From an uncultured virus (IMG/VR IMGVR_UViG_3300031088_000821) (taxonomy: Duplodnaviria; Heunggongvirae; Uroviricota; Caudoviricetes): a stretch of 64,000 bases of DNA. The position numbers and the translations under genes are program-made. A model generated the notes under the pieces. The model saw only the letters and a list, made by a program, of their open reading frames with translations. It was not told the DNA's origin and did not search any database. This document shows, piece by piece, positions 19,202-29,685 of the stretch (the stretch's first letter is position 1; every line of letters starts with the position of its first letter). The stretch is from IMG/VR virus record IMGVR_UViG_3300031088_000821; one strand, written 5' to 3'.

Positions 19202-22200
19202 ATGGCAAACTACCAGACTGATGTAGCTCCCCGATCCACTAAGAAGCTGGGTGCCGCTAGGCCACTTTCCCTTGTGCTTCTTCTCACTCTTGCCTTTGCA
19301 GCCATTGTGGGAGCTCTCTCTAGTGGGGTTTTCGTCCAACAGGCTTCGAAGGAAGCCAACGCTCTAGATCCCATCAACCTCGTGGTTTGCGGCTTCTTCG
19401 ATGAAGACTCCCCCGTGAGGGTGATCTACAGGGTTACTCAAACCGATGACCTCTACTACGACCTCCAATCGAAGTCTGCAGTGAGCTCCGGTCGCAGCGA
19501 TGTGAACATGGGGCTCAACTGGATACTCATGGCCACTGGCTCCGATTTTGACGCGGTAAACGAGGATATTATCGGTCAGGAGATAGAAAAGGGCGGGGTG
19601 AGCCTGAGGCCCGAAGCCGAACTCACCGAGGAAGAGCTCAGCCAGCAGTGGAACTCCGGAAGCACAACCTACAGCGTCTATGACCGCTTTGGCATGGCCG
19701 GAACTGTTTTCACTTCCTACAATGGTGAGTGGAAGTACTACTCGGTAGATCCCTGTGCGGACTCCGAACCCGAGGACCTCCACGAGGGTGCCTACTACGA
19801 TGATCGGCTAGAGCCCCGCTCCACCTGGGAGGATCGCGCCGATTCCAAAGACCCCAGAACTATTCAGCACGTCAAGGGTGAAACTAGCCGTTTCTTCTTC
19901 GGCTTCGTCACCCTTGTGGCAAACATTATCTTCTGGATAACCAAGCTCATCACCACCCTCACCATCGCCTTTGTGAGCTTTTCCTTCTCGGACATTGTTT
20001 CCCTGATGGGGCTTGATAGCCTACTCACAGATGGCACCACAACTGGTGGACTCTTCGGGAGCCTTTTCACCAATCTCTTTTCGCCCTTCATCATTGCCAT
20101 CATCGCCATCACGGGCATAAAAATCCTCTGGGACGCTGTAAGGCGACAGTTCCGCCAGGCGATGGGAACGGCGCTCATCACAATCCTCATGTTCATCTTC
20201 GCCATTGTGGTGTCTGTGAAGCCCGCGTTCTTCGTGAATCTACCGAACCAGGCGGCTGTGGCGGTTCAGGCCGTAGTTGTCCAAGCCTTTACGGGTGGTC
20301 TCGAAGGCGGAGACGGTCTCTGCTCTACGGACATAGGGGTGAAGAAAGTCAATATCCAAGCTGGCACAGCTGGGTTGGAGGGGCAAAACTACCTCGAAGG
20401 CATCTCCAAGAACATGAGCTCTCTCATCGGCTGCTCCTTCTGGAACACCTTTGTTTTCAAGCCTTGGGCAGAGGGCCAATGGGGAACCAGTTGGAACGAG
20501 ACTTGGGCCAAGGATAACATAGCCTCCTGGGCTCCCTCGGGGGCAAAGGCCATCAGCAATACTGAAGGCAATGCTGAAATGGTGGGAGATGCCTATGTGC
20601 CCCTGGGTAACGGCAAGGTCATCAACAACTGGGCAGTTTTCAATCTCTCTACAATGACCAATGCCCACTCTCCCGTGGGCCATGATGGTAGCCTTTCGGA
20701 ATATAGCCAGGGCGTCGCCCACGACTGGTGGAGGATTGTAGATGCTCTCACTAACTACGAAGAGGAGGACGCATCCCGGAACGTCAGCATCGATGATCTA
20801 AACAGCACTGAGGAGATCACAGCTCCCACCGTTAAGGAAAACAATGTTGACAAAACGTGGGAAACCTGGAGTGGCAACAACCCCGGCACCAGGCTCATGG
20901 CTGCCCTCTCGTCCCTCTTCATCGGCGCTGTTGGATTGATTGCGCCATTCTTCCTGGGGCTCATGGCAGCTGTCTACTCTCTGGCTATGACCATAGTGAT
21001 GGCTTTCCTACCCGTGATGCTTCTCCTTGGCTGCTGGGGCGGCAGAGGTTTCAACATCTTTAAGCAGTGGGCTTTGCTCCTCTGGGGTCTTTTCACCAAG
21101 AGGGTGGCAGTGGGAATCCTTCTCATGTTGTCCATTGTTTTCGTGAATGCCGCTGTGAAACTCATGGGCACCGTGGGCTGGTGGCAGGGTGCTCTCATGT
21201 TGGTGCTTCTCACCTTTATTCTCATCAGAAGCCGCCACACCATAATGAACATGTTTGCCGCCACCAATGCCGGAAGCTTTAGCTCGGTCGCTTCTCGGAT
21301 TGGCCAGGGAGTCTCCAATGTAGGTTCTACAATAGGTGGTGTCGCGGCATCCACCGCCGGAGGTGCAGTCTACTCTAAGATTCGGGGTGGTAGCTTCCGC
21401 GATGGCGCAAAGGTGGGGCTCAAAAACGAAGCCGAAAACCTCAGCTACAGAGTACCGTTCCTGCGAGATGTTCGCATGTCGAAGGCGCAGCTCGAGTCGG
21501 GTAAGGGCGGCAACGAGCAGGTCTACGACCTCAACGGAAACGAAACTCAGTACTGCAACATGTGCGGTGAAAAGTTCGAACCCGGCTCCATGCTCACCCA
21601 GGGCCCCGACGGCATGTGGTACTGCCAGTTCTGCGCCGAGGGCGATGTTGAAATCGAAGGTGGCCAAGAGGTCTACTACAGCGGTAGGCCCGAAGGGGCA
21701 AAGCAGAAGCCCACCAATGTTGAGCCCCTCGACTCCTCCAGGGGTGCTGGAAAGATCACTCGAATCTACAGCTCCACAAAGCAGTCTCACTGGGATGAGA
21801 ACAAGAATGATGGAACGCTGGACTTCATTCCCGAAAAGTTCATCAATACTGCCTCCGCCGCCGTTCGAGAGGACGTGCTTGACAAGGTCGAGGCTGTCCG
21901 CACGGCTAAGATTGCAGAATCTTCGCTCTACGGCTCCAACATCCCCGCAGAAATCCAGCCATACCTCAATTCGGGCATGATCCAATCTCTCATTGAAAAC
22001 GAAGAGTGGGAAGCCGTTGCAAGCGCATTCATGGCTGCCTACTCCCTCAAGATCACAGAGCTTGTCAGAGAAAAGTTGGGAAGCTCCTTTGACAAGGTGG
22101 AAGATAAGCTCGAAGCCGCCCTCAATGCAAATCTGGCGGCGGTTCAAAATGACCCCCAGGGCCGCGCCACCGGAAGGCCCCATATCCGTCCAGATGATGA

Positions 22201-22234
22201 CTCGACTGATGAGCCAAAGGATAGGTCCAACTAG
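19202..22234 (+). CDS. Large polytopic membrane protein, VirB6/TrbL-like (paralog 2) with C-terminal zinc ribbon
   Basis: Shares YNGEW, FVFxPWxxGQWGTS, NWA and WxRIVDA motifs with the upstream gene; CNMC…CQFC. Confidence 0.6.
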   Translation: MANYQTDVAPRSTKKLGAARPLSLVLLLTLAFAAIVGALSSGVFVQQASKEANALDPINLVVCGFFDEDSPVRVIYRVTQTDDLYYDLQSKSAVSSGRSDVNMGLNWILMATGSDFDAVNEDIIGQEIEKGGVSLRPEAELTEEELSQQWNSGSTTYSVYDRFGMAGTVFTSYNGEWKYYSVDPCADSEPEDLHEGAYYDDRLEPRSTWEDRADSKDPRTIQHVKGETSRFFFGFVTLVANIIFWITKLITTLTIAFVSFSFSDIVSLMGLDSLLTDGTTTGGLFGSLFTNLFSPFIIAIIAITGIKILWDAVRRQFRQAMGTALITILMFIFAIVVSVKPAFFVNLPNQAAVAVQAVVVQAFTGGLEGGDGLCSTDIGVKKVNIQAGTAGLEGQNYLEGISKNMSSLIGCSFWNTFVFKPWAEGQWGTSWNETWAKDNIASWAPSGAKAISNTEGNAEMVGDAYVPLGNGKVINNWAVFNLSTMTNAHSPVGHDGSLSEYSQGVAHDWWRIVDALTNYEEEDASRNVSIDDLNSTEEITAPTVKENNVDKTWETWSGNNPGTRLMAALSSLFIGAVGLIAPFFLGLMAAVYSLAMTIVMAFLPVMLLLGCWGGRGFNIFKQWALLLWGLFTKRVAVGILLMLSIVFVNAAVKLMGTVGWWQGALMLVLLTFILIRSRHTIMNMFAATNAGSFSSVASRIGQGVSNVGSTIGGVAASTAGGAVYSKIRGGSFRDGAKVGLKNEAENLSYRVPFLRDVRMSKAQLESGKGGNEQVYDLNGNETQYCNMCGEKFEPGSMLTQGPDGMWYCQFCAEGDVEIEGGQEVYYSGRPEGAKQKPTNVEPLDSSRGAGKITRIYSSTKQSHWDENKNDGTLDFIPEKFINTASAAVREDVLDKVEAVRTAKIAESSLYGSNIPAEIQPYLNSGMIQSLIENEEWEAVASAFMAAYSLKITELVREKLGSSFDKVEDKLEAALNANLAAVQNDPQGRATGRPHIRPDDDSTDEPKDRSN

Positions 22235-22263
22235 ACCATGGGCTTCGTTGGGTCACTAGGGGC

Positions 22264-22331
22264 AATCTAAGCATCGATCCATTGCAGGTCACACAAACAC
22301 GCGAGCCTGGCCCAATCGGCGCTCAGATCGC
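22264..22331 (+). repeat. 68-nt intergenic hairpin element, copy A
   Basis: AATCTAAGC…GGCGCTCAGATCGC; same length as copies at 34661, 47119 and 57115. Confidence 0.7.
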
Positions 22332-22388
22332 AATCTGTGCGCATCTATGATATGGATCTGCGACTCTTCAGACTAAGTTAGGAAACCA

Positions 22389-23960
22389 ATGGGACTCTTG
22401 GATAAGGCAAGGAACACCCTCTCCAACCTGGGTGGAGATGAGGTCATTCGCAAGGGCGATTTTGGCTCCATCGACGGCGAAGATGAGGTGGCTCCAGAAA
22501 AAACAACTAAGGAGCCCAAGCCTTCGCGCGCTAAGAAGGTTCGTCAGCCCAAGGCACCCCGAGCCAAAAAGAAGTCTCCCGACGAATCGCCTCGGAAGCT
22601 GGAAAGCACTCTAGGTAAAACCCGAAGGCTAGCCAAGAAGATGGAATCTCGAAGCGCCGATGGAGAGGACGCCCTCGAAGAGCCAGAAGATTCCAGAGTC
22701 TACCATCAGAGCCAGAAGGGCTCACAAGATGATGATAGCTTTAATAGCGCCGGTGGAGCTTTTGAGGAATCCTTCCATGATGTGGAGAAAGCTGAAGCCA
22801 CCCAAGGATCTTCCTGGGGTTCTCGAAGATCAAAGGAAAATCGAGCTCAATCTGACGTTGCACCCGTAGATCAGGAGCAACTATCTTCCCTTTCCCGGGA
22901 CGAAGGCCAATCGCCCCAGGAAATCCTCAAATCCATGAATATCCAAGAGACCTTCATCATTGGCGAAGATATTCTCTTCCTGGATGAGGAACTTCGCAAC
23001 AAGAAGTTTTCCACGCAAGCGCCTTACGGCTATGACATGGGAGAAGTTGACTATTTCCAGGTCAAAACTCAGCGATCGGTGGCAGAATATGTGAGACTTC
23101 TTCGTCAGCGCAACGAAGATATCTTCAGGCTAGCCTCTAGACTCAGCGACCTCATGGTGAAGAACAATAATCTTCGCTTTAACGCTGAAGTAGCCAATGG
23201 CATTAACATCATGGCGGGCTCTGGGGATGATGACGCTCTAGCGGTAGAGCTAGATGAATCAAGGCTGCTTGTAGGTAAACTCAAGGAGGAAATAAAGAGG
23301 CTTACCGAAGGAGGGGCAACTGCTGCAGATAATAGTTCAGAGCTCGAAGAGCTCAGAAGCGAGCTCTCCCTGGAGCGGCGTAGAGCTGCAGCGGCCGAAG
23401 CGGAGGCCCAAGATCTCAAAGCTCATCTTCTACTCATCGAAGAGGAGTACGACATCGAGATCTTCTCCGATCAGGGTGATCTCAAATCGTCGGCAAATGG
23501 AAACAGCTATGAGCAGAGCTACGAGTCCTTTGGCCGCACCGATGCCGACAGGGCGGAACAGGAGCTCTACGCGGAGGAAGCTAACTACCAGTCGATGGGT
23601 AGGGACCACTGGCTACCTACGACAGAAGCGGGCACCGAACTTCCCCTTATGGACGAAGAGCTACCCAATGTCGAAGAGGACTACAGCGAAGACGACCAGC
23701 CTCTGGAGGACTTTGCCATCGATGATGAATCTCTGGGGGATTTCTCCACAGAAAATGGTGCAGACGAGAGCTTCGTTCAAACGGATGAGGTCTTTGCCAA
23801 CTCCGCCTTCTCTCCCGATCCCTATCAGAGCCTCGATGAGTTCATGGAGGAAAACCAAGACGCTTTCCCCGAGGATGGTTCTGTGGGAGGCTCGGCTAGC
23901 GACTATGACGAGGATCCCGACGAAGACGGATTCCGCTATAGCTTTGAACGCAGCATCTAA
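22389..23960 (+). CDS. DivIVA-domain coiled-coil protein with acidic disordered flanks
   Basis: LRNKKFSTQAPYGYDMGEVDYF matches the DivIVA N-terminal motif and is followed by a coiled coil. Confidence 0.65.
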   Translation: MGLLDKARNTLSNLGGDEVIRKGDFGSIDGEDEVAPEKTTKEPKPSRAKKVRQPKAPRAKKKSPDESPRKLESTLGKTRRLAKKMESRSADGEDALEEPEDSRVYHQSQKGSQDDDSFNSAGGAFEESFHDVEKAEATQGSSWGSRRSKENRAQSDVAPVDQEQLSSLSRDEGQSPQEILKSMNIQETFIIGEDILFLDEELRNKKFSTQAPYGYDMGEVDYFQVKTQRSVAEYVRLLRQRNEDIFRLASRLSDLMVKNNNLRFNAEVANGINIMAGSGDDDALAVELDESRLLVGKLKEEIKRLTEGGATAADNSSELEELRSELSLERRRAAAAEAEAQDLKAHLLLIEEEYDIEIFSDQGDLKSSANGNSYEQSYESFGRTDADRAEQELYAEEANYQSMGRDHWLPTTEAGTELPLMDEELPNVEEDYSEDDQPLEDFAIDDESLGDFSTENGADESFVQTDEVFANSAFSPDPYQSLDEFMEENQDAFPEDGSVGGSASDYDEDPDEDGFRYSFERSI

Positions 23961-24021
23961 TGGCATTTGTCAGAATGGATCTGATTAGACCTCCGGTCCT
24001 ACGCCCAAGAAAGAACAAACC

Positions 24022-24552
24022 ATGACAGCACAGCTGGCCTATATCCTGGCGCTCTTTGCCATTCCCCTAGTAGCTTTAGCTTTTGCCGGCTACGGCAAGC
24101 TCAAAGTAAAAGCCTTTCTAGGTGTTAGCCTTTTCTTGGGTGCTTTGAGCTTGCTCTTGAGCTATCTTACCGTTGATCTCACAGCTGCTCTGTGGCAGCT
24201 GGGGGCGCTAGCGGTGGGGTCTCTGCTTTTTGTGGTTTCCATAGGCTTTTTCGGCGAGAGATTTTCTTACAGATCTCCTATGGCGCTCTTGGCGGCGGTG
24301 GGGCTGTTCCCCTGGGGTGTTCTGATCTTCCCCGAGGGCTACACAGCTCTCATCGTTTATGGCTCATTGTTAGCGGTCAATATTCTCTTTGCTTTTTTGC
24401 TTTCAAATGCTCGAAAGAACAGCATCCAAAGGCGAAGCACGAAAGCTGAAGCATCGAAACCCGCAGACCGATTTATCATGGTAGTGCCAGCGATGCTAAC
24501 GGTTGTGGCCATGGCTCTCACCTTCTTCGCTCAGCTGGTCAGCTTCATCTAA
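24022..24552 (+). CDS. Multi-TM membrane protein
   Basis: About 5-6 hydrophobic helices. Confidence 0.7.
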   Translation: MTAQLAYILALFAIPLVALAFAGYGKLKVKAFLGVSLFLGALSLLLSYLTVDLTAALWQLGALAVGSLLFVVSIGFFGERFSYRSPMALLAAVGLFPWGVLIFPEGYTALIVYGSLLAVNILFAFLLSNARKNSIQRRSTKAEASKPADRFIMVVPAMLTVVAMALTFFAQLVSFI

Positions 24553-24645
24553 AGTTTAGATGGCAGCCAGTGGGCTAGTCAGCTCTGGCTTTCTGGCGAT
24601 ATGCTCTGTGAATCTGCCAATGAACTAACCATGGAAATAGGAGCT

Positions 24646-25743
24646 ATGACCGAAGAAAAACTCCCCGCTCAGCCAGAGGATCGGGCCAGCTCAAGCTCCC
24701 AGGCGGAGAGTGCGAAGGAAGCTTCGATTCCCGCCGGACAAAACTCCCAGCGAGACCCCATCCTCGAAGAGCTGCTTAGATCCAAGGGTGATGCCGAAGA
24801 GCCTAAGCCTCGAAAAAAGGGCAGAAAAGCCGGGGCTACGGGTACCAGCCTAGATCGAAAGAAATCTAGAGCGCCAATCATCGCTGCAGTTGTAGCGGGT
24901 GCATTGATTCTCGGTGGAGGCGCCACTGCTGGAATCATGTGGCTGACACCAGACCAAGCCCAAGTAGATCCCGATAGGGACGCTGATAAGCTCAAAGACG
25001 CCAATGGAGTCACCAGAGAAATTGACCCCGAAGAGGCGCCATGGAATAGCGGCGAAGAGGATGCTGCTTACCCCATAGATCTCGAAGATTGGCAAAAAGT
25101 CGAATCCAATAGGGCAGGCAGCAGCCCCGAAGAGCTTGCAGCTGTAAACAATGCTCTCTATGGATCTGATCTTTTTGCATCGGCTGGAATACTTCCGTCG
25201 GAAGCTGCTGGCTTCACATCAGATGATGCCCAAGCTGAACTCGAAGATGGCTCCCTGAATCCGCTCTACAGCTATTGGACCCAGGAGGTCTTCGTGGGCG
25301 AAGCTGGCGCTATCATTGAAAGATTCCTCAACCCCATCTACGGGGGATGGACCGTCTACCAGACGAGTGCACCGGGATCCGATGCGACCACTGAGCTCTT
25401 CCCCAACGTCTTCACGGATAGCTTCATTGACGCCGGAACTAGAGCTCCTATCTACGCTGACTGGGAAGGCAATGGGTACGGAAGAAGTGATCTCCAAGCC
25501 AACAACGGTATCTGGTTTGGTTCGGTGGAATCCTCCGAAACAACCTTCACTTGGGATGGCGATATGGAACAATACAGTGCCACCTTCGTGGGCAATGTGA
25601 AGTTCACAGCTTACACCAAAGATGGTGGTACAGCTACCCAAACAGGAGTACTTACCGTGGATTTTGTCGCTAATCCCGATGGCATTAAAGGTTCTGGTGG
25701 AAAAGTTCTTGTAGACAGCGCTAATCTCTCAATAGGTGGTTAA
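24646..25743 (+). CDS. Membrane-anchored extracytoplasmic protein
   Basis: AGGAG RBS before ATG 24646; single TM IIAAVVAGALILGGG. Confidence 0.7.
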   Translation: MTEEKLPAQPEDRASSSSQAESAKEASIPAGQNSQRDPILEELLRSKGDAEEPKPRKKGRKAGATGTSLDRKKSRAPIIAAVVAGALILGGGATAGIMWLTPDQAQVDPDRDADKLKDANGVTREIDPEEAPWNSGEEDAAYPIDLEDWQKVESNRAGSSPEELAAVNNALYGSDLFASAGILPSEAAGFTSDDAQAELEDGSLNPLYSYWTQEVFVGEAGAIIERFLNPIYGGWTVYQTSAPGSDATTELFPNVFTDSFIDAGTRAPIYADWEGNGYGRSDLQANNGIWFGSVESSETTFTWDGDMEQYSATFVGNVKFTAYTKDGGTATQTGVLTVDFVANPDGIKGSGGKVLVDSANLSIGG

Positions 25744-25747
25744 CAAA

Positions 25748-27907
25748 ATGAAGAAAGAGAGTATGATTGGCAAAGGCCTCAAAGGGCTTTTAGGCACACT
25801 AGCTGCTGGCGCGTTGCTTCTATCAGGTGTCGCCTTCATTGCTGGCGAGGCCCCTGGTCTCATCGAGTCCGCAGAAGCTGGAGTCTACGGCGGTGGTGGA
25901 GGAACCGGCGGTGGTGGCGGCGGCGGAGCCGCTGGGGCCATCTGGGTTCAGACAAACTTTGCTTCGATTGCTAAAGGTACCGTTGGAAACAAGCCCTCCG
26001 ACTGGAACAATTCGGTTTGTCAAGCTAATTACCAGATCTTTGCGCTCGTTCCCAACAACTCTCGCATTATAGAAAGCATCACTAACCCCAATGATTCTTG
26101 GACTTTGAATCTTTGGGGTGTAGGCGGCTACAACCCCAGTGGCGCGTTGGGTGGCTCGGCTGTTCTCTCCGCATTGACAGCTGTGGGCGAAGGTGAAGGT
26201 TACATGTATGGTAAGAATCTTATCTGCATTAGCAATCCCGATGTGATCGAAGAAACCCAAACTCGCTACAAGGTTGTTTCCAGTTCTTCTAGCGACAGCT
26301 TCAGCTTCAATGAGCCCTACAGCTACGCAACTACTGTGTCTCCTCAGCCATTAAAGCAGAGTACTAAAGATAAAGTAGATCCCGTAGGGGTAAATAATCT
26401 CAACGGGCAGTCATCTTCCCAGAAAACAAACTATGCAAAAGTTTGGGATGAGTTCATCGCAGCTACTAAGAAGCCCGGAGCAAACACCAAGGATCTCGTC
26501 AAGCAGTATGAGCAGAAGTTCAAAGACGCTATCAAGGCTGATAAGAATTTTGACCGTGGAGATCTAGATCTCAATGAGGCCAATCAGGCAGGCCTCGCTG
26601 AGGGCGGTATTCTCAATGTGAATCAAACCAGAAGAATGGCAGTCGCTAACGTTTCTACCACTACTTCTAATTATCAGCTCCAAGCATGCCCATACGCTAG
26701 ATGGAGCAAGAGCGGTTGGAAAACTAATGGCTCTTGCTCCAATGCCAACTCTGCGCCAGGAAATGCAGTATGGCTAGATAGCAACTCCAAGGAGCAGTAC
26801 GAAAGCAATGATCCTCGAAAAGGTAGTTGGACTCGCTATGCATCTTCCTCTAATAGCCATCTAGACGCTCAGAGAAACGTTGGATTTTGGCAAATGATCT
26901 CCGCCCATTGCAATGAGATCGGTTTTGCTTCCCTCAAAGCTGCCATGGGAGATAATCTTGTCCCCATGGGAACAGAGGGAAATCTCAAATACTCCGGCGT
27001 TTACAGAACTGGGTTCTACGATGAGGCTCCGTCTGTACTGCCCCTCGGCCAGGATCACCCTAGTCTTTCAGCTGCTCAGAGAGCAACTGCTGACCTTGGG
27101 TTCTTCGACAAAGAATGTCCCTTCGATTGCACTTCTGCTTCGGGTTCAAATGCAACTGGCCAAAATGGAGCAAATAACAACGTAGGAAACTCCGGCTACA
27201 AAGCTGACCAGAAGGGCACCTGGGGAGCAAAAACGGGTGATGGAGTTAACTCCAACGCCCTAGAGCTCTTCCGAGACAACACTGAAAAAACCATCGATGT
27301 GGATGTTTGGTACCCCACCAACACCAATGGCGTAAGCTATAACGGAGCTGCCGCTAAAACAACCACCATCACCCGTTGGGCTCAAGGAACTCCCTCCATC
27401 GGCGATGAGTTCCAGACCTACTACCTGGATAAGAGTGGCAACAAGCAGGCTGTCTTCGACGCGAAGAACAAGACCAAGCAGGAAAACCAGAGGAACTACG
27501 ATGGCGGGGCAGAGAGCTATAAGCGCTCCACTGCAACTCAGCTCGTGGGCGCCTACGACCACTTCATCGTTCAGGGTTCCTGGGCTTCCGATCCTGGCAA
27601 GCCCCAGTCTTTGAGCTTCGCTTGGGAATACTCACCCGCTGTTAGCTCCCCCGTGCCAGCATCTGTTGGCATTACGGGTAGCGATGTAAAGGTGGGATCC
27701 CTAGTGGATCGCCAGACCAATGTGGATGGTCGCTGCTTCAGCTACTTCGGCAAGGAAACAAATACCACCGCCGAAAAGAACACGGCGAAATCCACCATGA
27801 ATAGCAATACTGGAACGGGGGCCACCACGGAGTTCTCCACAACAAATGGTGACTACAAGAACGCTCGCAACCTTGTGCTCAACTTTGTGAGGGCAACCGG
27901 AAGCTAA
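25748..27907 (+). CDS. Large secreted protein (possible adhesin or pilus-associated protein)
   Basis: Signal peptide ending AEA, poly-Gly linker, Asn/Ser/Thr-rich, several Cys. Confidence 0.7.
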   Translation: MKKESMIGKGLKGLLGTLAAGALLLSGVAFIAGEAPGLIESAEAGVYGGGGGTGGGGGGGAAGAIWVQTNFASIAKGTVGNKPSDWNNSVCQANYQIFALVPNNSRIIESITNPNDSWTLNLWGVGGYNPSGALGGSAVLSALTAVGEGEGYMYGKNLICISNPDVIEETQTRYKVVSSSSSDSFSFNEPYSYATTVSPQPLKQSTKDKVDPVGVNNLNGQSSSQKTNYAKVWDEFIAATKKPGANTKDLVKQYEQKFKDAIKADKNFDRGDLDLNEANQAGLAEGGILNVNQTRRMAVANVSTTTSNYQLQACPYARWSKSGWKTNGSCSNANSAPGNAVWLDSNSKEQYESNDPRKGSWTRYASSSNSHLDAQRNVGFWQMISAHCNEIGFASLKAAMGDNLVPMGTEGNLKYSGVYRTGFYDEAPSVLPLGQDHPSLSAAQRATADLGFFDKECPFDCTSASGSNATGQNGANNNVGNSGYKADQKGTWGAKTGDGVNSNALELFRDNTEKTIDVDVWYPTNTNGVSYNGAAAKTTTITRWAQGTPSIGDEFQTYYLDKSGNKQAVFDAKNKTKQENQRNYDGGAESYKRSTATQLVGAYDHFIVQGSWASDPGKPQSLSFAWEYSPAVSSPVPASVGITGSDVKVGSLVDRQTNVDGRCFSYFGKETNTTAEKNTAKSTMNSNTGTGATTEFSTTNGDYKNARNLVLNFVRATGS

Positions 27908-27921
27908 GCTAAACCCCCAGA

Positions 27922-27967
27922 GGAAAGGGAACGCCGAGTCTATGGATTCGGCGTTCCCTTTCCCTTT
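27922..27967 (+). terminator. Intrinsic terminator
   Basis: GGAAAGGGAACGCCGAGTC…GATTCGGCGTTCCCTTTCC hairpin followed by TTT. Confidence 0.75.
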
Positions 27968-28015
27968 GGATGAGCTTTGTTAGGATGAGAACTCCAGAAA
28001 AGAGATGGAGCAGCC

Positions 28016-29632
28016 ATGGCAAAACCCCCAAGTTCTCGTAGAAGCTACAAGGAGCTCAGGGCAGACCCCACCATTAGAGTGCCCTTCGTAGCGTGGATTC
28101 TCGATAGGACACTACTCTACGTTGCTGTCACTGTGGTGGCTGCATTTGCTGTAGGTGCTTTTCTCTATGAGGGCTACAAGGCCAATGAGGAAATTTGGGC
28201 TCCCGCTGAGAAAGACTCTCCCTACATGGAGCTCAACCCCTCACGAACGGCAGGAACTCGCTGGGCGGTGGATTTTGCAGCTAAAGACCGAAACATTGAG
28301 AACTGGGAAGCGGTCAGCTCCACGCAGCCAACACATGGGCTCCTCCAGGAAGCTACGGGAGCTACCGCCGGAGAAGTTCCCATAACCATGCTCTCTGCCA
28401 CTGCGGGCTCTTCGGGTGCTACTAAGTCCGTTGTTCAGACCTATGGCGCCGGCCAAGCTAGACCCCAATACGATCTCTACGTGGATAGGATCTCGGCTCG
28501 AACTCCCATCGACAGCCAGGAGGTGGACGATTCAGGCATCGTGGGCGGCAAGTTTGACCATGGCTTCATCTTTGTAGCTGGCGACTCCATCGTGGCCTTT
28601 CAAACGGCCTCCAATGAGGAGCGGGATGACCTCTTTGGAACCGTCCTTGAAGATCTGAAAACAAGCCTTCCAGCATCGGGCTGTTTGGACATTTCGGGCG
28701 CCAACGGTTCGACTCGTAGTCTCTACTACGACGAGGGTTCCTTCACTGGTCTCCTGGAGAGCCAAGAAATAGACCCTGAGGTGACCACCACTAATCTGCC
28801 CACTGTGAAAGCTCTAGGCACTGGTGAGATCTCTAACCCCTACGCTGTTGAGCCCGAGGCTCCTCTGCCTGATAGTATACCTGCGCTACCTGCGGAGGTT
28901 TCGAAGCCCACAGTGGCTTCTATGCCCGAAACTGTGGATAGCTTCTCGGAGCTAGCTTCCTATAAAGTTCAGGATCCCGATGGCCCCGGCTGTGGCTGGG
29001 ACTGGAGCGCTCAAAAGCCCCTGGTCTACGATGATACGGACCTAGCTATCGCCCAGGAAGAGTCCATCGTGGCTGTGCAAAACCAGGTAAATGACAAGGC
29101 TCAAGCCTACGTGGATTCGAAGATCAGCTGGGCGCGAAGCGTTGCTCTTATCTCCCCTCGGATCAACTCCTGGAATAGCTATGTGAACTCTGTAAACAAT
29201 GTCCATGGCTTATGGGATAAGTTGGTTGCTGATAGAGAGGCGCTTAGACCCTCTTGGGAAGCATATGTGGACGCCCATGATGAGTGGTCCAGCTTCGACC
29301 AGCGTAAGGCGGACGCCACGAAGAGCTACAATGATGAGCTAAAGCTCTGCCGAGAAAAGCGCAAAGCCCACGATGAGTGGGAGAAAGAAATGGGCGAGTG
29401 GGAAAAGAAGTACGGTGGTGAGGAAGAGCAAGAGGAAGATAGGTCCACAACTCCAACCCCAACGCCGACACCAACACCCACCCCAACGCCGGATCCCCCG
29501 AAGGAGCCCGAAGATTGCCCTGAAGATCCTGTAAAGCCAGAGATCATGGACCAGTCCAAGCCAGCTGAACCCCAAGCGCCGGCTATACCAGAAGATGTGA
29601 CGATTCCTGACTCCTGGCGGAAGCCCCAGTGA
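28016..29632 (+). CDS. Membrane-anchored protein with coiled coil and Pro/Thr-rich tail
   Basis: N-terminal TM; (TP)n repeat; Pro-rich C-terminus. Confidence 0.75.
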   Translation: MAKPPSSRRSYKELRADPTIRVPFVAWILDRTLLYVAVTVVAAFAVGAFLYEGYKANEEIWAPAEKDSPYMELNPSRTAGTRWAVDFAAKDRNIENWEAVSSTQPTHGLLQEATGATAGEVPITMLSATAGSSGATKSVVQTYGAGQARPQYDLYVDRISARTPIDSQEVDDSGIVGGKFDHGFIFVAGDSIVAFQTASNEERDDLFGTVLEDLKTSLPASGCLDISGANGSTRSLYYDEGSFTGLLESQEIDPEVTTTNLPTVKALGTGEISNPYAVEPEAPLPDSIPALPAEVSKPTVASMPETVDSFSELASYKVQDPDGPGCGWDWSAQKPLVYDDTDLAIAQEESIVAVQNQVNDKAQAYVDSKISWARSVALISPRINSWNSYVNSVNNVHGLWDKLVADREALRPSWEAYVDAHDEWSSFDQRKADATKSYNDELKLCREKRKAHDEWEKEMGEWEKKYGGEEEQEEDRSTTPTPTPTPTPTPTPDPPKEPEDCPEDPVKPEIMDQSKPAEPQAPAIPEDVTIPDSWRKPQ

Positions 29633-29685
29633 AGCCACTTGGAGTTCTAGTTTTCTGAGCTGCTTTGATGGTCTGAAAAGTCGAT

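Noticed and set aside
29450..29491. Short tandem repeat
   Set aside because: It encodes an ordinary (Thr-Pro)n linker with varied codons
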